From NCBI GenBank assembly GCA_964630055.1, contig CAZVRA010000004.1, forward strand, positions 1 through 58,344: DNA of 58,344 nucleotides, read 5' to 3'. This document shows, piece after piece, positions 17,981 to 26,404 of this stretch (within the stretch, counting starts at the first letter, position 1; every line of letters starts with the position of its first letter). The notes under the pieces are model-generated. The model had not been told where the DNA came from. It ran no database searches and was given only the letters and a program-made list of their open reading frames with translations. Origin of the DNA: an uncultured Candidatus Saccharibacteria bacterium (lineage in GTDB: Bacteria; Patescibacteriota; Saccharimonadia; Saccharimonadales; CAZVRA01). A program made the position numbers and the translations under genes.

Positions 17981-18858
17981 ATAAATCACCCTTGACTACT
18001 TCTGAGCTCAGTGAACTATTCCATCACTATTCACCCGACGATTTAGCTGCCAGTGAAAAGAATGGCGATGCCTTTGCCAACGATGCCTATAATCTGAAGA
18101 CTGCCGACGGTGCTGAATATGTCATGCGAATTCTAAAACTACAGATTCCTGAGACCGTAGAGCGTGAAGCGGAAATGCAGCATCAGCTCGCCGAAGCAGG
18201 TATTGGAACACCGCACTACCTTGCTTTCGAGAGCGGTAAGCACGTTGGCGAGCATGAGGGGCTTGCTTTTACGCTGAGCGAGCGTATTGCAGGTGAAGTT
18301 CCAAAAACTGCATCACTCGAACTAATTAGTAGCTTCGGTTCGACGTTGGCACAGTTTCATGATGTCCTAAAAGATACCGAGGTGCCCTTTAGCAAAATGC
18401 AGTGGTTCCAGCCCAAAAATGTTCATGAAGATCTTGAAAAGTATGACGGTGAATTAAAATCAGACACAACAAAGCTCATCACGGATGGTGAGAAACTATT
18501 TCAAACGGGTTTGCCACAAACACTGATTCATGGCGACTTGTGGCTTGGCAATGTGTTTGCTGACGGTGATAAAGTTACAGCTGTCTTTGACATGGAAACT
18601 GCCGAGCATAACTACCGTATTATAGACCTAGCCCGTACTTATCTTTCTATGCGCCTGGAAACCAAATACAGTAAAGACGAAATCATTGATAAGTTGTTTG
18701 TTGGCTACGATGCGGTCGCAAACGAGCTACTTACTCAAGAAGAAAAGGATAGTTTTGGTTTGGCGACCAGCTATACTGCTGGCGTTTGTGCGCTCTGGCA
18801 TGAGCTAAATGGCACAAGATATGCTGGTAATTACTTGAAATTTGGAGATGAGAAATAA
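17977..18858 (+). CDS. Aminoglycoside/choline-kinase-type phosphotransferase (APH family)
   Basis: 293 aa. Catalytic loop LIHGDLWLGNVF (HGDxxxxN) and metal-binding VFDMETA. Confidence 0.8.
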   Translation: MNKSPLTTSELSELFHHYSPDDLAASEKNGDAFANDAYNLKTADGAEYVMRILKLQIPETVEREAEMQHQLAEAGIGTPHYLAFESGKHVGEHEGLAFTLSERIAGEVPKTASLELISSFGSTLAQFHDVLKDTEVPFSKMQWFQPKNVHEDLEKYDGELKSDTTKLITDGEKLFQTGLPQTLIHGDLWLGNVFADGDKVTAVFDMETAEHNYRIIDLARTYLSMRLETKYSKDEIIDKLFVGYDAVANELLTQEEKDSFGLATSYTAGVCALWHELNGTRYAGNYLKFGDEK

Positions 18859-18860
18859 TC

Positions 18861-19520
18861 ATGAAACTATTGAACTATTCTTCCGCCGAGCTCACAGATA
18901 AGCTTAATACATATCTTGCCTCAGACCAGCGATATCAGGCCGTGTACAGCTATACGAAAAAACGTTTTGAGGCTGCAACCGAACTTGTAGCCCACAACTG
19001 GCCGCATTGCTACCGAGACACGCTAAACGCTATCGTAATCGGCGAAGCCGAAGGTGCGGACATGAGTATAGTTTTGCCAGCTATCACCATGCATGATATC
19101 GGATTTTTGTACGGTGCAAGCCCAGAGCAGCATGGTGCAGTTGGAGCAGATCGTGTCAAAGAATTCCTGAAAGAAGCAGGAGCTCATTATAGCGACGAGC
19201 AAATCGAAGCAATAGCAAATTGTATCCGAACTCACAAAGGCAGTATTCACGGTAAGCACCCCGAGGGACTGGAAGCAAAGGTCGTTACTGACGCTGATTT
19301 GCTAGAAAAGTTTGGTTTATTTGGCGTCTATCAAACAGTGCGCACCTACGCCGAGTTTAACTGGTCAATTGATAAAGCCATCGAGCGTGGCGATCGGATC
19401 CTCACGGTCGAGCTAGAAACTGAAACCGGGGAAAAATTGGCTGAGCCAGGCAGACAATTTGTCGCTGATTTCTACAGTCAATTAAAGATAGCAAATGAGC
19501 CGTACGAGGAAGGGCGATGA
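18861..19520 (+). CDS. HD-domain phosphohydrolase
   Basis: 219 aa. H...HD pattern (HNWPHCYRD...AITMHDIGF) and a downstream D (VVTDADLLEKFG). Confidence 0.7.
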   Translation: MKLLNYSSAELTDKLNTYLASDQRYQAVYSYTKKRFEAATELVAHNWPHCYRDTLNAIVIGEAEGADMSIVLPAITMHDIGFLYGASPEQHGAVGADRVKEFLKEAGAHYSDEQIEAIANCIRTHKGSIHGKHPEGLEAKVVTDADLLEKFGLFGVYQTVRTYAEFNWSIDKAIERGDRILTVELETETGEKLAEPGRQFVADFYSQLKIANEPYEEGR

Positions 19521-20182
19521 AATTAGTCCTCGCCTCCCAAGGCTTCACCACGCCTGAGATTGCCCAAGCAACCGCAGATCTCGTCGGTAAACCTCTCACC
19601 AAGCTCAACGTAGCTGTCATTAACGAAGCGTATGTAGCTATTGCTCCTGGCAGAGATGAAAGCTGGCTGATTAACGAGTTATCTCTTTTGAAACAGTATG
19701 TTAAGAGCGTGTTTTTTGTTAATCTTCGAGCCTACGAACTTCCTGAGGTTAAAGATCGTCTGAGCACAGCAGATATTATATACATCGTTGGCGGTGCGCA
19801 GTTAGTATTACCCAGATTATTCAGGCAAACTGGCCTTGACAAACTCCTCACTGAATATGCACAGGACAAAGTTATTCTTGGTACCTCTGCTGGTGCTAAT
19901 GTGCTCGGCAGTCACATACCAAGCGCAGCGTATTGGGAAGATCAGTATGGAGACGCCGCTACTTACTTAGCCGAACCATCTCTCGGCTTAGTTGATTTCA
20001 ATATCTTGCCTCATTACGGCAGAGAAGATCACCCACATCGAACCGATGCAATCTTAACGCCCCTGCTCAAAGATAATCCATTCCCATTGTTTGGCGTGGC
20101 TGACACACAAGCTGTTATATATAACAACGGTGCAATAACGTTTGTGGGTGGAGAACCGGTAAAGTTTGGAGAAGAAAAGTAG
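19517..20182 (+). CDS. Peptidase S51 (dipeptidase E-like)
   Basis: 221 aa. IIYIVGGAQ...LGTSAGANVLG nucleophile-elbow region and a downstream His (LPHY). Confidence 0.75.
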   Translation: MKLVLASQGFTTPEIAQATADLVGKPLTKLNVAVINEAYVAIAPGRDESWLINELSLLKQYVKSVFFVNLRAYELPEVKDRLSTADIIYIVGGAQLVLPRLFRQTGLDKLLTEYAQDKVILGTSAGANVLGSHIPSAAYWEDQYGDAATYLAEPSLGLVDFNILPHYGREDHPHRTDAILTPLLKDNPFPLFGVADTQAVIYNNGAITFVGGEPVKFGEEK

Positions 20183-20183
20183 T

Positions 20184-20516
20184 ATGCAGTTTGTCATCAT
20201 TGGCCTAGACGGAACAGACAAGGACGCGCCTACTCGTAGACAGCTGGTTCGCCAAGACCACATCAAGATGGGCGACAAGTTATTGGCGTCAGGCAATTTG
20301 TGGTACGGCGCAGCTTTGCTCCATGACAACGGATCTATGAAGGGTTCAATGTATGTCGTGAACTTTGAGTCAGAAGAGAAGCTCCAAGAGTACCTAAAGA
20401 AAGAGCCGTACATTGTTGGCGACGTATGGCTTGACGTTACGATTCATAAGTCTAATACCCGTGATCCATGGCAGTTCAATAGAGATGAATCTTGGTTTAA
20501 GGAGAGCACAAAATGA
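20184..20516 (+). CDS. YciI-like protein
   Basis: MQFVIIGLDG...RQDHIKMGDKLLASGNLWYGAALL...GSMYVVNFESEEKLQEYLKKEPY fits the YciI ferredoxin-like family. ATG 20184 was chosen because it sits just past the upstream stop. Confidence 0.6.
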   Translation: MQFVIIGLDGTDKDAPTRRQLVRQDHIKMGDKLLASGNLWYGAALLHDNGSMKGSMYVVNFESEEKLQEYLKKEPYIVGDVWLDVTIHKSNTRDPWQFNRDESWFKESTK

Positions 20517-20977
20517 ACCTAGACATTGAACAATCAATCCGAGAACATATAGGCAAAACTGTACACATGTCACTTGGTACGGCCACTCTAGATAGTAAGC
20601 CCTGGGCCTGTGAAGTGCATTTTGCCTATGACAGTAAGCTTAGTCTATACTTTGTATCTAAACTTACTACAAGACACTGCAAGGAAATTGCTGCTAATCC
20701 AAATATTGCAGGCAATATCGTTAAGCAGCACTCTTTGGAAGAATCACCGCATGGTGTGTACTTTGAGGGTACGGCTAAAGTTATAGAACCGAGCGATGAG
20801 CAACTTGAGCTATATTGCTCTCGCTTAAGTCGCAACAAAGAAGAATTGGTCGAACAACTTACTGAAGCAGATGGCCGTCGTATGTACAAAATCAGTGTTA
20901 GTAACTGGGCTATCTTTGGCAAATTTGGGTTTGAGGCCAACCAAAAACACGAGTTAGCATGGAGTAACAATGATTAA
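20513..20977 (+). CDS. Pyridoxamine 5'-phosphate oxidase-like FMN-binding split-barrel protein
   Basis: 154 aa. Pattern TVHMSLGTATLDSKPWACEVHFAYD...LYFVS......H...I..NP.IAG.I, as in general-stress-26/PNPOx-like proteins. Confidence 0.55.
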   Translation: MNLDIEQSIREHIGKTVHMSLGTATLDSKPWACEVHFAYDSKLSLYFVSKLTTRHCKEIAANPNIAGNIVKQHSLEESPHGVYFEGTAKVIEPSDEQLELYCSRLSRNKEELVEQLTEADGRRMYKISVSNWAIFGKFGFEANQKHELAWSNND

Positions 20978-21338
20978 GGGCTTTTTGCATACCGCTTTTG
21001 AAGTTGATGATATCGAAAGTGCGATTACCTTTTATGGCAACCTCGGCTTCAAAGTTACTAAACAGTTTGATAAACCCGAGCCAGAAGCCAAAGCAGCTCA
21101 TATTGTAAACGACAACGGAGATACATTTGAGCTTTGGCAGTTTACCGATAAAGCTCACCCGCAAGTTGAGTTTATCCGTCGTCATGTTGCCTTTGAATCA
21201 GATAGTCTTGAGGAAGATATTAAGAGGCTGACCGAACAAGGTTGTGAATTGGTTATCCCAATTACCAAAGGTGTAACTCTAACTTATGCTTTTGTCCGAG
21301 ATCCCAGCGGTAATTATATAGAGATAGGACAGCGATGA
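20970..21338 (+). CDS. VOC/glyoxalase-bleomycin-resistance family protein
   Basis: 122 aa. MIKGFLHTAFEVDDIESAITFYGNLGF... and C-terminal HVAFESD...AFVRDPSGNYIEI. Confidence 0.75.
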   Translation: MIKGFLHTAFEVDDIESAITFYGNLGFKVTKQFDKPEPEAKAAHIVNDNGDTFELWQFTDKAHPQVEFIRRHVAFESDSLEEDIKRLTEQGCELVIPITKGVTLTYAFVRDPSGNYIEIGQR

Positions 21339-21880
21339 AACTCTATCGCTTTAGCCCTATCTCTGACAAAGAGCAGCTTCTTGAAGCGATACAATATACG
21401 CACCTTGCCTGCAATAAGTTGTGTAAGCAATCATTTGGTAAGTATCTACCGAATGCAGGCAACGTAGGTATTTTTTGCCACTACGATATGGAGTATCGAA
21501 AGCTTATTGAGATTAGGAACAGAATTGTTAAGCCATCTGACGACCCCAGCCAGAAATACTTTGAGTTACTCGAACCGATCATTATCTCTGCCCAAGGTGA
21601 CGTGCCTAAAACAACCTACACGCATTTATATATTCGCAAACCCGACATTTACCGTGCACAAGTTGGTGATATAGATTTTTACCTCGAAGAATCTGAATAT
21701 GATGAATTGAAGAGATCTCTCGTCAATGACAAACAAATAGCTGGCGCACGAATATTCCCTCGAAACGACCTCGATATGATCGAACTCTACAATCCTGATA
21801 TTGATGCACTTGGCTATGTCAGTACTAGTGTCATGAGCCAAAAGGTACATATCAAACTATCTGAGGAAACGAACTTATGA
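21335..21880 (+). CDS. Hypothetical protein
   Basis: 181-aa ORF, translationally coupled (4-nt overlaps) on both sides. No motif recognised. Confidence 0.5.
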   Translation: MKLYRFSPISDKEQLLEAIQYTHLACNKLCKQSFGKYLPNAGNVGIFCHYDMEYRKLIEIRNRIVKPSDDPSQKYFELLEPIIISAQGDVPKTTYTHLYIRKPDIYRAQVGDIDFYLEESEYDELKRSLVNDKQIAGARIFPRNDLDMIELYNPDIDALGYVSTSVMSQKVHIKLSEETNL

Positions 21881-22320
21881 ACAACAAAGGTAAAAAAATA
21901 CTTGAACAAATCAGATATGCCACCATCTCATCAGTTGGTTCGGATGGTCAGCCCTGGGCTGCACCAGTGTGGTATATATTTAATGAAGATACTATTTACT
22001 GGTGGTCACCCGTAGAGTCGCAGCACTCAAAGAATATTAGTGTAAACCCGAATGTATATATAACAATCTTTGATTCAACAGTACCTGAGGGTGATGGACT
22101 GGGGCTATATCTGAAGGCAGAAGCACAACAGGTCAGCGATAACGAACTGGAAACCGTTATAACTCTATACAATGCGTCTACTAAGATATTCAAGCTTGAT
22201 CAGAAAAACTGTAGTGGTAACGCGCCAACAAGATTGTACAAAGCAACGATTACGAAACGCTGGGTTAACGACGGCGTTGAGCGTCATGGTTTTTACACTG
22301 ATCAAAGGGTAAGCCTATGA
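21877..22320 (+). CDS. Pyridoxamine 5'-phosphate oxidase family protein
   Basis: 147 aa. YATISSVGSDGQPWAAPVWYIF......IYWWS....HS.NI..NP.VYITIF is typical of the PNPOx split barrel. Confidence 0.65.
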   Translation: MNNKGKKILEQIRYATISSVGSDGQPWAAPVWYIFNEDTIYWWSPVESQHSKNISVNPNVYITIFDSTVPEGDGLGLYLKAEAQQVSDNELETVITLYNASTKIFKLDQKNCSGNAPTRLYKATITKRWVNDGVERHGFYTDQRVSL

Positions 22321-23051
22321 AAGTGTCTGTACTCCAATGGAACATCTGGTATCTCGAAGACACCAGGAAAGTTACCGAGTTTCTCAAGCAAAACAAAGCT
22401 GACATCATCTGCCTACAAGAGCTAACGATTGGTTTTGATCAGCAAAACAATATTCACACACCCGAATATATTGCCAAAGAGCTGGGTTATCACGTTTATT
22501 ACCAAGACATAACCTTTGACGGTAAAACACTGAAGCTTGCCAACGCAATCTTCAGTAAGTATGAGTTATATGATGTTAGAACGGTCTGGATTAATACTGA
22601 AGGCGGCTCTGGGCACTACGATGACGAAAATCGAGCCTATGTCGAAGCCACAGTTACCATTGATGGCAAGAACCTAACCGTTGGCACCGTGCATATGTCG
22701 TATACTCACGCTTTTGAACCATCTGAGCGGAAACTACAAGAAACTGATGCGCTGGTTGAGGCGATCAAGAGCAACAAGAAGAACTTTGTCTTAGCGGGTG
22801 ACTTTAATGCGCAACCAGATTCTGAGGTCGTTAAGCGAATTGAAAAGCATGTTAAAAACCTCGGCCCGGGCTATGACGAGAAAACCTGGACGACCAAGCC
22901 GTTTTCGTACAATGGGTTCGAAGCAACCGAGCTAGATTACCGCGTGGATTATGTTTTTGGTTCGCAAGACATTCAAGCTGAGTCAGCAAAAGTCCTCAGT
23001 ACTGATATTTCGGATCATCTGCCGATTTGGATGGAGCTTAACTTAAGGTAG
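22317..23051 (+). CDS. Endonuclease/exonuclease/phosphatase (EEP) family protein
   Basis: 244 aa. VLQWNIW, ADIICLQE, GDFNAQPDS, SDHLPIW motifs. Confidence 0.8.
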   Translation: MKVSVLQWNIWYLEDTRKVTEFLKQNKADIICLQELTIGFDQQNNIHTPEYIAKELGYHVYYQDITFDGKTLKLANAIFSKYELYDVRTVWINTEGGSGHYDDENRAYVEATVTIDGKNLTVGTVHMSYTHAFEPSERKLQETDALVEAIKSNKKNFVLAGDFNAQPDSEVVKRIEKHVKNLGPGYDEKTWTTKPFSYNGFEATELDYRVDYVFGSQDIQAESAKVLSTDISDHLPIWMELNLR

Positions 23052-23055
23052 GTCT

Positions 23056-23394
23056 ATGAATATTATTCTTATTATTATCGGTAGTCAGCTACTATTCACC
23101 ATCGGTGATTTACTGGCGCGGCATAACTTGCAAGCCCAGGGCTTCAAATTCACTACCTTCATTGCCTGGTGGTTCTTGGTCTACGTGGTGCTGCGAAGTG
23201 CTGCAACACTGGGACAGCTGTTTGTTTTTACTAACATGGAGGTCGGTAAGACTATGGCGCTATTTGGGGCATCAAGCTTAGTCCTCGTGAACGTGCTCGG
23301 ATTCCTTATTTTGGGTGAAAAACTTTCACTCCCAATATACTTCGGTATAATGTTAGCTGTAGGAGCAATCTTAATTGTAGGGTTCAGTAAATAA
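23056..23394 (+). CDS. Small 4-TM DMT/SMR-like membrane transporter subunit
   Basis: 112 aa with four predicted helices. The size and topology match EamA-half/SMR-like proteins. Confidence 0.5.
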   Translation: MNIILIIIGSQLLFTIGDLLARHNLQAQGFKFTTFIAWWFLVYVVLRSAATLGQLFVFTNMEVGKTMALFGASSLVLVNVLGFLILGEKLSLPIYFGIMLAVGAILIVGFSK

Positions 23395-23900
23395 TGAAAA
23401 CCGTTCACGACAGCGCCACCCCCACTCCTGGCCAGCAGGTTATCACAGCCTGTGCATTCATTCATCAGGAATTCGATGGCGTACAGAAACTCTTTATGGC
23501 CAAGCGTGCCGACACCAAGAAATTCTTGCCCGGCATATACGAGATCCCCGGCGGGCATATCGACTTTGGCGAAAACATCGAAGATGGTCTGGTTCGCGAG
23601 ATTCAAGAGGAGTTCAGCGTAGCAGTACGCCTAGGCGACCCATTTGCAGTTTTTACCTACCTGAATGAAGTTAAGGGCTCCCACTCTATTGAGGTGATTT
23701 ACTTCGCACAACTAGCTGACCCGAGCGTGAACATACAACCGAACCCCGAAGACCATAGTACTTGCGGCTGGTTTACCGAGGTGGAATTACCACAAACCTT
23801 TGTGAGCGAAAAAGATACAGAGGATGATGAGGTTAAAGCCTTGTATCGAGGGTTTGCGTTGCTCAAGGGTGAAAAGCTTGATTTTAGCAATAGAGCCTAG
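23394..23900 (+). CDS. NUDIX hydrolase
   Basis: 168 aa. Nudix box GGHIDFGENIEDGLVREIQEEFSV (GX5EX7REUXEEXGU). Confidence 0.85.
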   Translation: MKTVHDSATPTPGQQVITACAFIHQEFDGVQKLFMAKRADTKKFLPGIYEIPGGHIDFGENIEDGLVREIQEEFSVAVRLGDPFAVFTYLNEVKGSHSIEVIYFAQLADPSVNIQPNPEDHSTCGWFTEVELPQTFVSEKDTEDDEVKALYRGFALLKGEKLDFSNRA

Positions 23901-23942
23901 GCGTTAGGGCTTGAATAGCCGACAAGTATAGCGTTATTGAGG

Positions 23943-24542
23943 CTATTTTGCTGCTAGTGCAACTGACTTTTTGCCAAGTATTGACGCAACCCAAGACACT
24001 TTCTCTGGGCTTACTGGATCAGGTATTAGCACCTCTGGCATCTTGTAAAACGGAGGATAGGCATTGCCAGATGACCTATCTAGCAAAACACCATCTGACT
24101 GGTTATATAGTTTTCGATAATCACTGAGTGTAATTGCACTCTCCCAGTATCGCTCAACAGCTCTCTCGGGAATGCCGTTACGATGTGAATAACGAAGCCC
24201 TAAAGCCACATCTTTGAGCCTTTCTGCATCCAGTACCATAGCCGTATCGGGGTCAACCTCTACAGACAACGTGATGAGTTGGTCTAGCTCTTTTCCTCTC
24301 AGGGATCCTCTATGAAGCCTTTCTAGCGACGGGTGGGCATAGATTCCATCTGTTCTGGATATACCACGGGTAACTAGTTCTTTGGGTCTAAATTCATCGA
24401 CAACTTCGTCAACATAACCACGCATGGTCTCAAGCTCTCCCATACCTGATACCAAGCCATGTGCTTCAATGGAACTTAGGTGTGCTAAATCAGTGATGTG
24501 GTATACGGTATCTATGTTTGATGTATTTATTTTATCGGACAT
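23943..24542 (-). CDS. Hypothetical protein; candidate ADP-ribosyltransferase fold (Tpt1/Arr/DarT-like YHxT...GL motif)
   Basis: 199 aa. VYHITDLAHLSSIEAHGLVSG, then GIYAHPSLE, LITLSVEV and PEVLIPDP. The order and spacing recall the NAD-binding lobe of H-Y-[ED] ARTs. Assignment by eye only. Confidence 0.35.
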   Translation of the reverse strand: MSDKINTSNIDTVYHITDLAHLSSIEAHGLVSGMGELETMRGYVDEVVDEFRPKELVTRGISRTDGIYAHPSLERLHRGSLRGKELDQLITLSVEVDPDTAMVLDAERLKDVALGLRYSHRNGIPERAVERYWESAITLSDYRKLYNQSDGVLLDRSSGNAYPPFYKMPEVLIPDPVSPEKVSWVASILGKKSVALAAK

Positions 24543-24575
24543 TTACATACATATTAGCATAATGAGTTTGATTCA

Positions 24576-25454
24576 TTAAATTTCTGAAATCTTGAATTGT
24601 TCTGCTTTAGCAATGCCAGACGCTAATACCTCTTCGATTTCACTCTCCGTAAGACCAAGCTTTGCTCCTGATTCGTGGATCCATTCACGATATTTTTTAC
24701 TGCCAACTGTATCTCTATCGACTTCTACATTAATAGCTCCGCGATACAGGCCGGTAAAACTATCAATCTCCGCGGTAATTCTATCTTGCTCGGCTCGATC
24801 AAGTTGGAGTGCACCTTGAGCTATACGCTGCAGGCTTTCTCTCAGTGGAGCACCTCCAAGCAAGAATGCCGTAATATGATCATCGCCAATATCGTGATCA
24901 AAGTAATCGTATGATACTGGGTACTTGCCCTCAGCAATTGCGGCTAAGTATTCTGGTGAACGAATGTCTTTTTCGTCAAAGAAGACAACTTCAATTCCAT
25001 GCTCGGCGGCAGCTTTACGGAACGTTTCTGGCGTCGGAATACCAGATATGTATGAACCAGACTCGTCACTTGCAAATTCGTAACCAAGGGACTGCAACAA
25101 ACCTTGGCTTTCGTTGCCAGCCAGCAGCGTCCAGCCTGCTGAATCGTCATCAAAGGTTGGTGTAAAACATTCACTGTCAACCACCAAACCTTTCGGCCCC
25201 GAGCGCATAATGATCGAGCGAGCAGGTACATATGGTTCTACTTGGTCGTCTCCGGCAAAATATATTGTATAGGCTCCGGGCTCGAGCTTATCGAGGTCTT
25301 TGGGGTTAAGAGGATTGGTTGTAGCATCAGTGGTATCTGCCGTAAATGGCTCGACACCATCTGGTAGGTCAGTAAGAAAGTGTTGGTCGCCAATTATTAA
25401 TGGTCGCCTATCTAGGGATGTATCTCCTTCTGGTGTTAAATTTTCTACTGGCAC
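24576..25454 (-). CDS. Hypothetical acidic protein
   Basis: 292-aa ORF lying between the NTase gene (15-nt gap) and the ART-like gene (33-nt gap). No family recognised. Confidence 0.55.
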   Translation of the reverse strand: MPVENLTPEGDTSLDRRPLIIGDQHFLTDLPDGVEPFTADTTDATTNPLNPKDLDKLEPGAYTIYFAGDDQVEPYVPARSIIMRSGPKGLVVDSECFTPTFDDDSAGWTLLAGNESQGLLQSLGYEFASDESGSYISGIPTPETFRKAAAEHGIEVVFFDEKDIRSPEYLAAIAEGKYPVSYDYFDHDIGDDHITAFLLGGAPLRESLQRIAQGALQLDRAEQDRITAEIDSFTGLYRGAINVEVDRDTVGSKKYREWIHESGAKLGLTESEIEEVLASGIAKAEQFKISEI

Positions 25455-25469
25455 AATGTTTCCTCTTTT

Positions 25470-26255
25470 TTATTTTTCATCACCTACTAGCCCTAACCGC
25501 TCGATTACTTTTTGTTTATCAAACACGTCAACGTCTATGCCAATGTCTCCCCAAATGCTTCGCGCAACTTCTTCGCCACCAACGTATTTGAAAACTTTCC
25601 GAATATTCTTTTCATACCGCTCATCTTCAACTCCTGGAAGCTTTTTAATGAGCAGGTCAATTTCTTCTTTAGGCGGAGGAGTATAGCCGTTATGCACAAA
25701 TCTTATGACTGAGAACAGATTTGCAGCCTGGTGTCGATAGCCAGTAGGGTTTAGTACCAGTTTCTTATCTTGGATTGCTTCAAGTGCGCCTGGTAGAGAA
25801 ATCAGCTTCTCCTGCCATTGTTCGGAGAAAATATCTCTTAGTGAGATTGCATTGCCGTTAACGGTTAACCCTACATGCTGTTTTAGGTTGTTAGCGACTG
25901 AGGTGTTATCTACTAAGTGGATATCAAATACCAGATTGTTCTTAAAGTCTTCAGGGTCTTGATTGCCGACAAACGATTTAATCATGACTTTTTGTGTAGG
26001 TCGCTGAATACGCCCCTCGTAAAAGCCGAGTTGACTTAAATACGCGAGGTACTTATCACTTCCTTTGACTACAATCTGATCGTAATCTCGTTGTTCTAAG
26101 TCATCCCCACCATGAAAGAATCTTTGGATTGCATTACGTACAGTACCGGCGACTAAATACACCTCTATGCCGTCAGGGAGGTTTTTAACCAGGTTCTTGA
26201 AAACTTCACGCCCACGATTGTCTTTAAAATCCATGGGGAGTAAGGTGTTTTTCAT
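25470..26255 (-). CDS. Minimal nucleotidyltransferase of the CCA-adding/poly(A) polymerase (PolyA_pol head) type
   Basis: 261 aa. VAGTVRNAI...RDYDQIV resembles GGxVRD...DxD, and TVNGNAISL resembles the TiNAla motif. Much shorter than canonical CCA enzymes. Confidence 0.55.
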   Translation of the reverse strand: MKNTLLPMDFKDNRGREVFKNLVKNLPDGIEVYLVAGTVRNAIQRFFHGGDDLEQRDYDQIVVKGSDKYLAYLSQLGFYEGRIQRPTQKVMIKSFVGNQDPEDFKNNLVFDIHLVDNTSVANNLKQHVGLTVNGNAISLRDIFSEQWQEKLISLPGALEAIQDKKLVLNPTGYRHQAANLFSVIRFVHNGYTPPPKEEIDLLIKKLPGVEDERYEKNIRKVFKYVGGEEVARSIWGDIGIDVDVFDKQKVIERLGLVGDEK

Positions 26256-26390
26256 AAAATTAGTATATCAAAAAAAGAAAGGCTTCTGTTCTCTCGCAAG
26301 TAGCATGGACACAAACCTCTCTTAATCTCATCATCTGGGTAACGATGCAAGCTACAGTAGTGGCTGGTATTCTTATCTATCGATAAGGGG

Positions 26391-26396
26391 TATACT
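26391..26396 (+). promoter_or_regulatory. -10 box TATACT 8 nt upstream of ATG 26405 (leaderless-type start) in the divergent control region
   Basis: ggggTATACTggtagtcaATG. No Shine-Dalgarno sequence. Confidence 0.35.
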
Positions 26397-26404
26397 GGTA
26401 GTCA

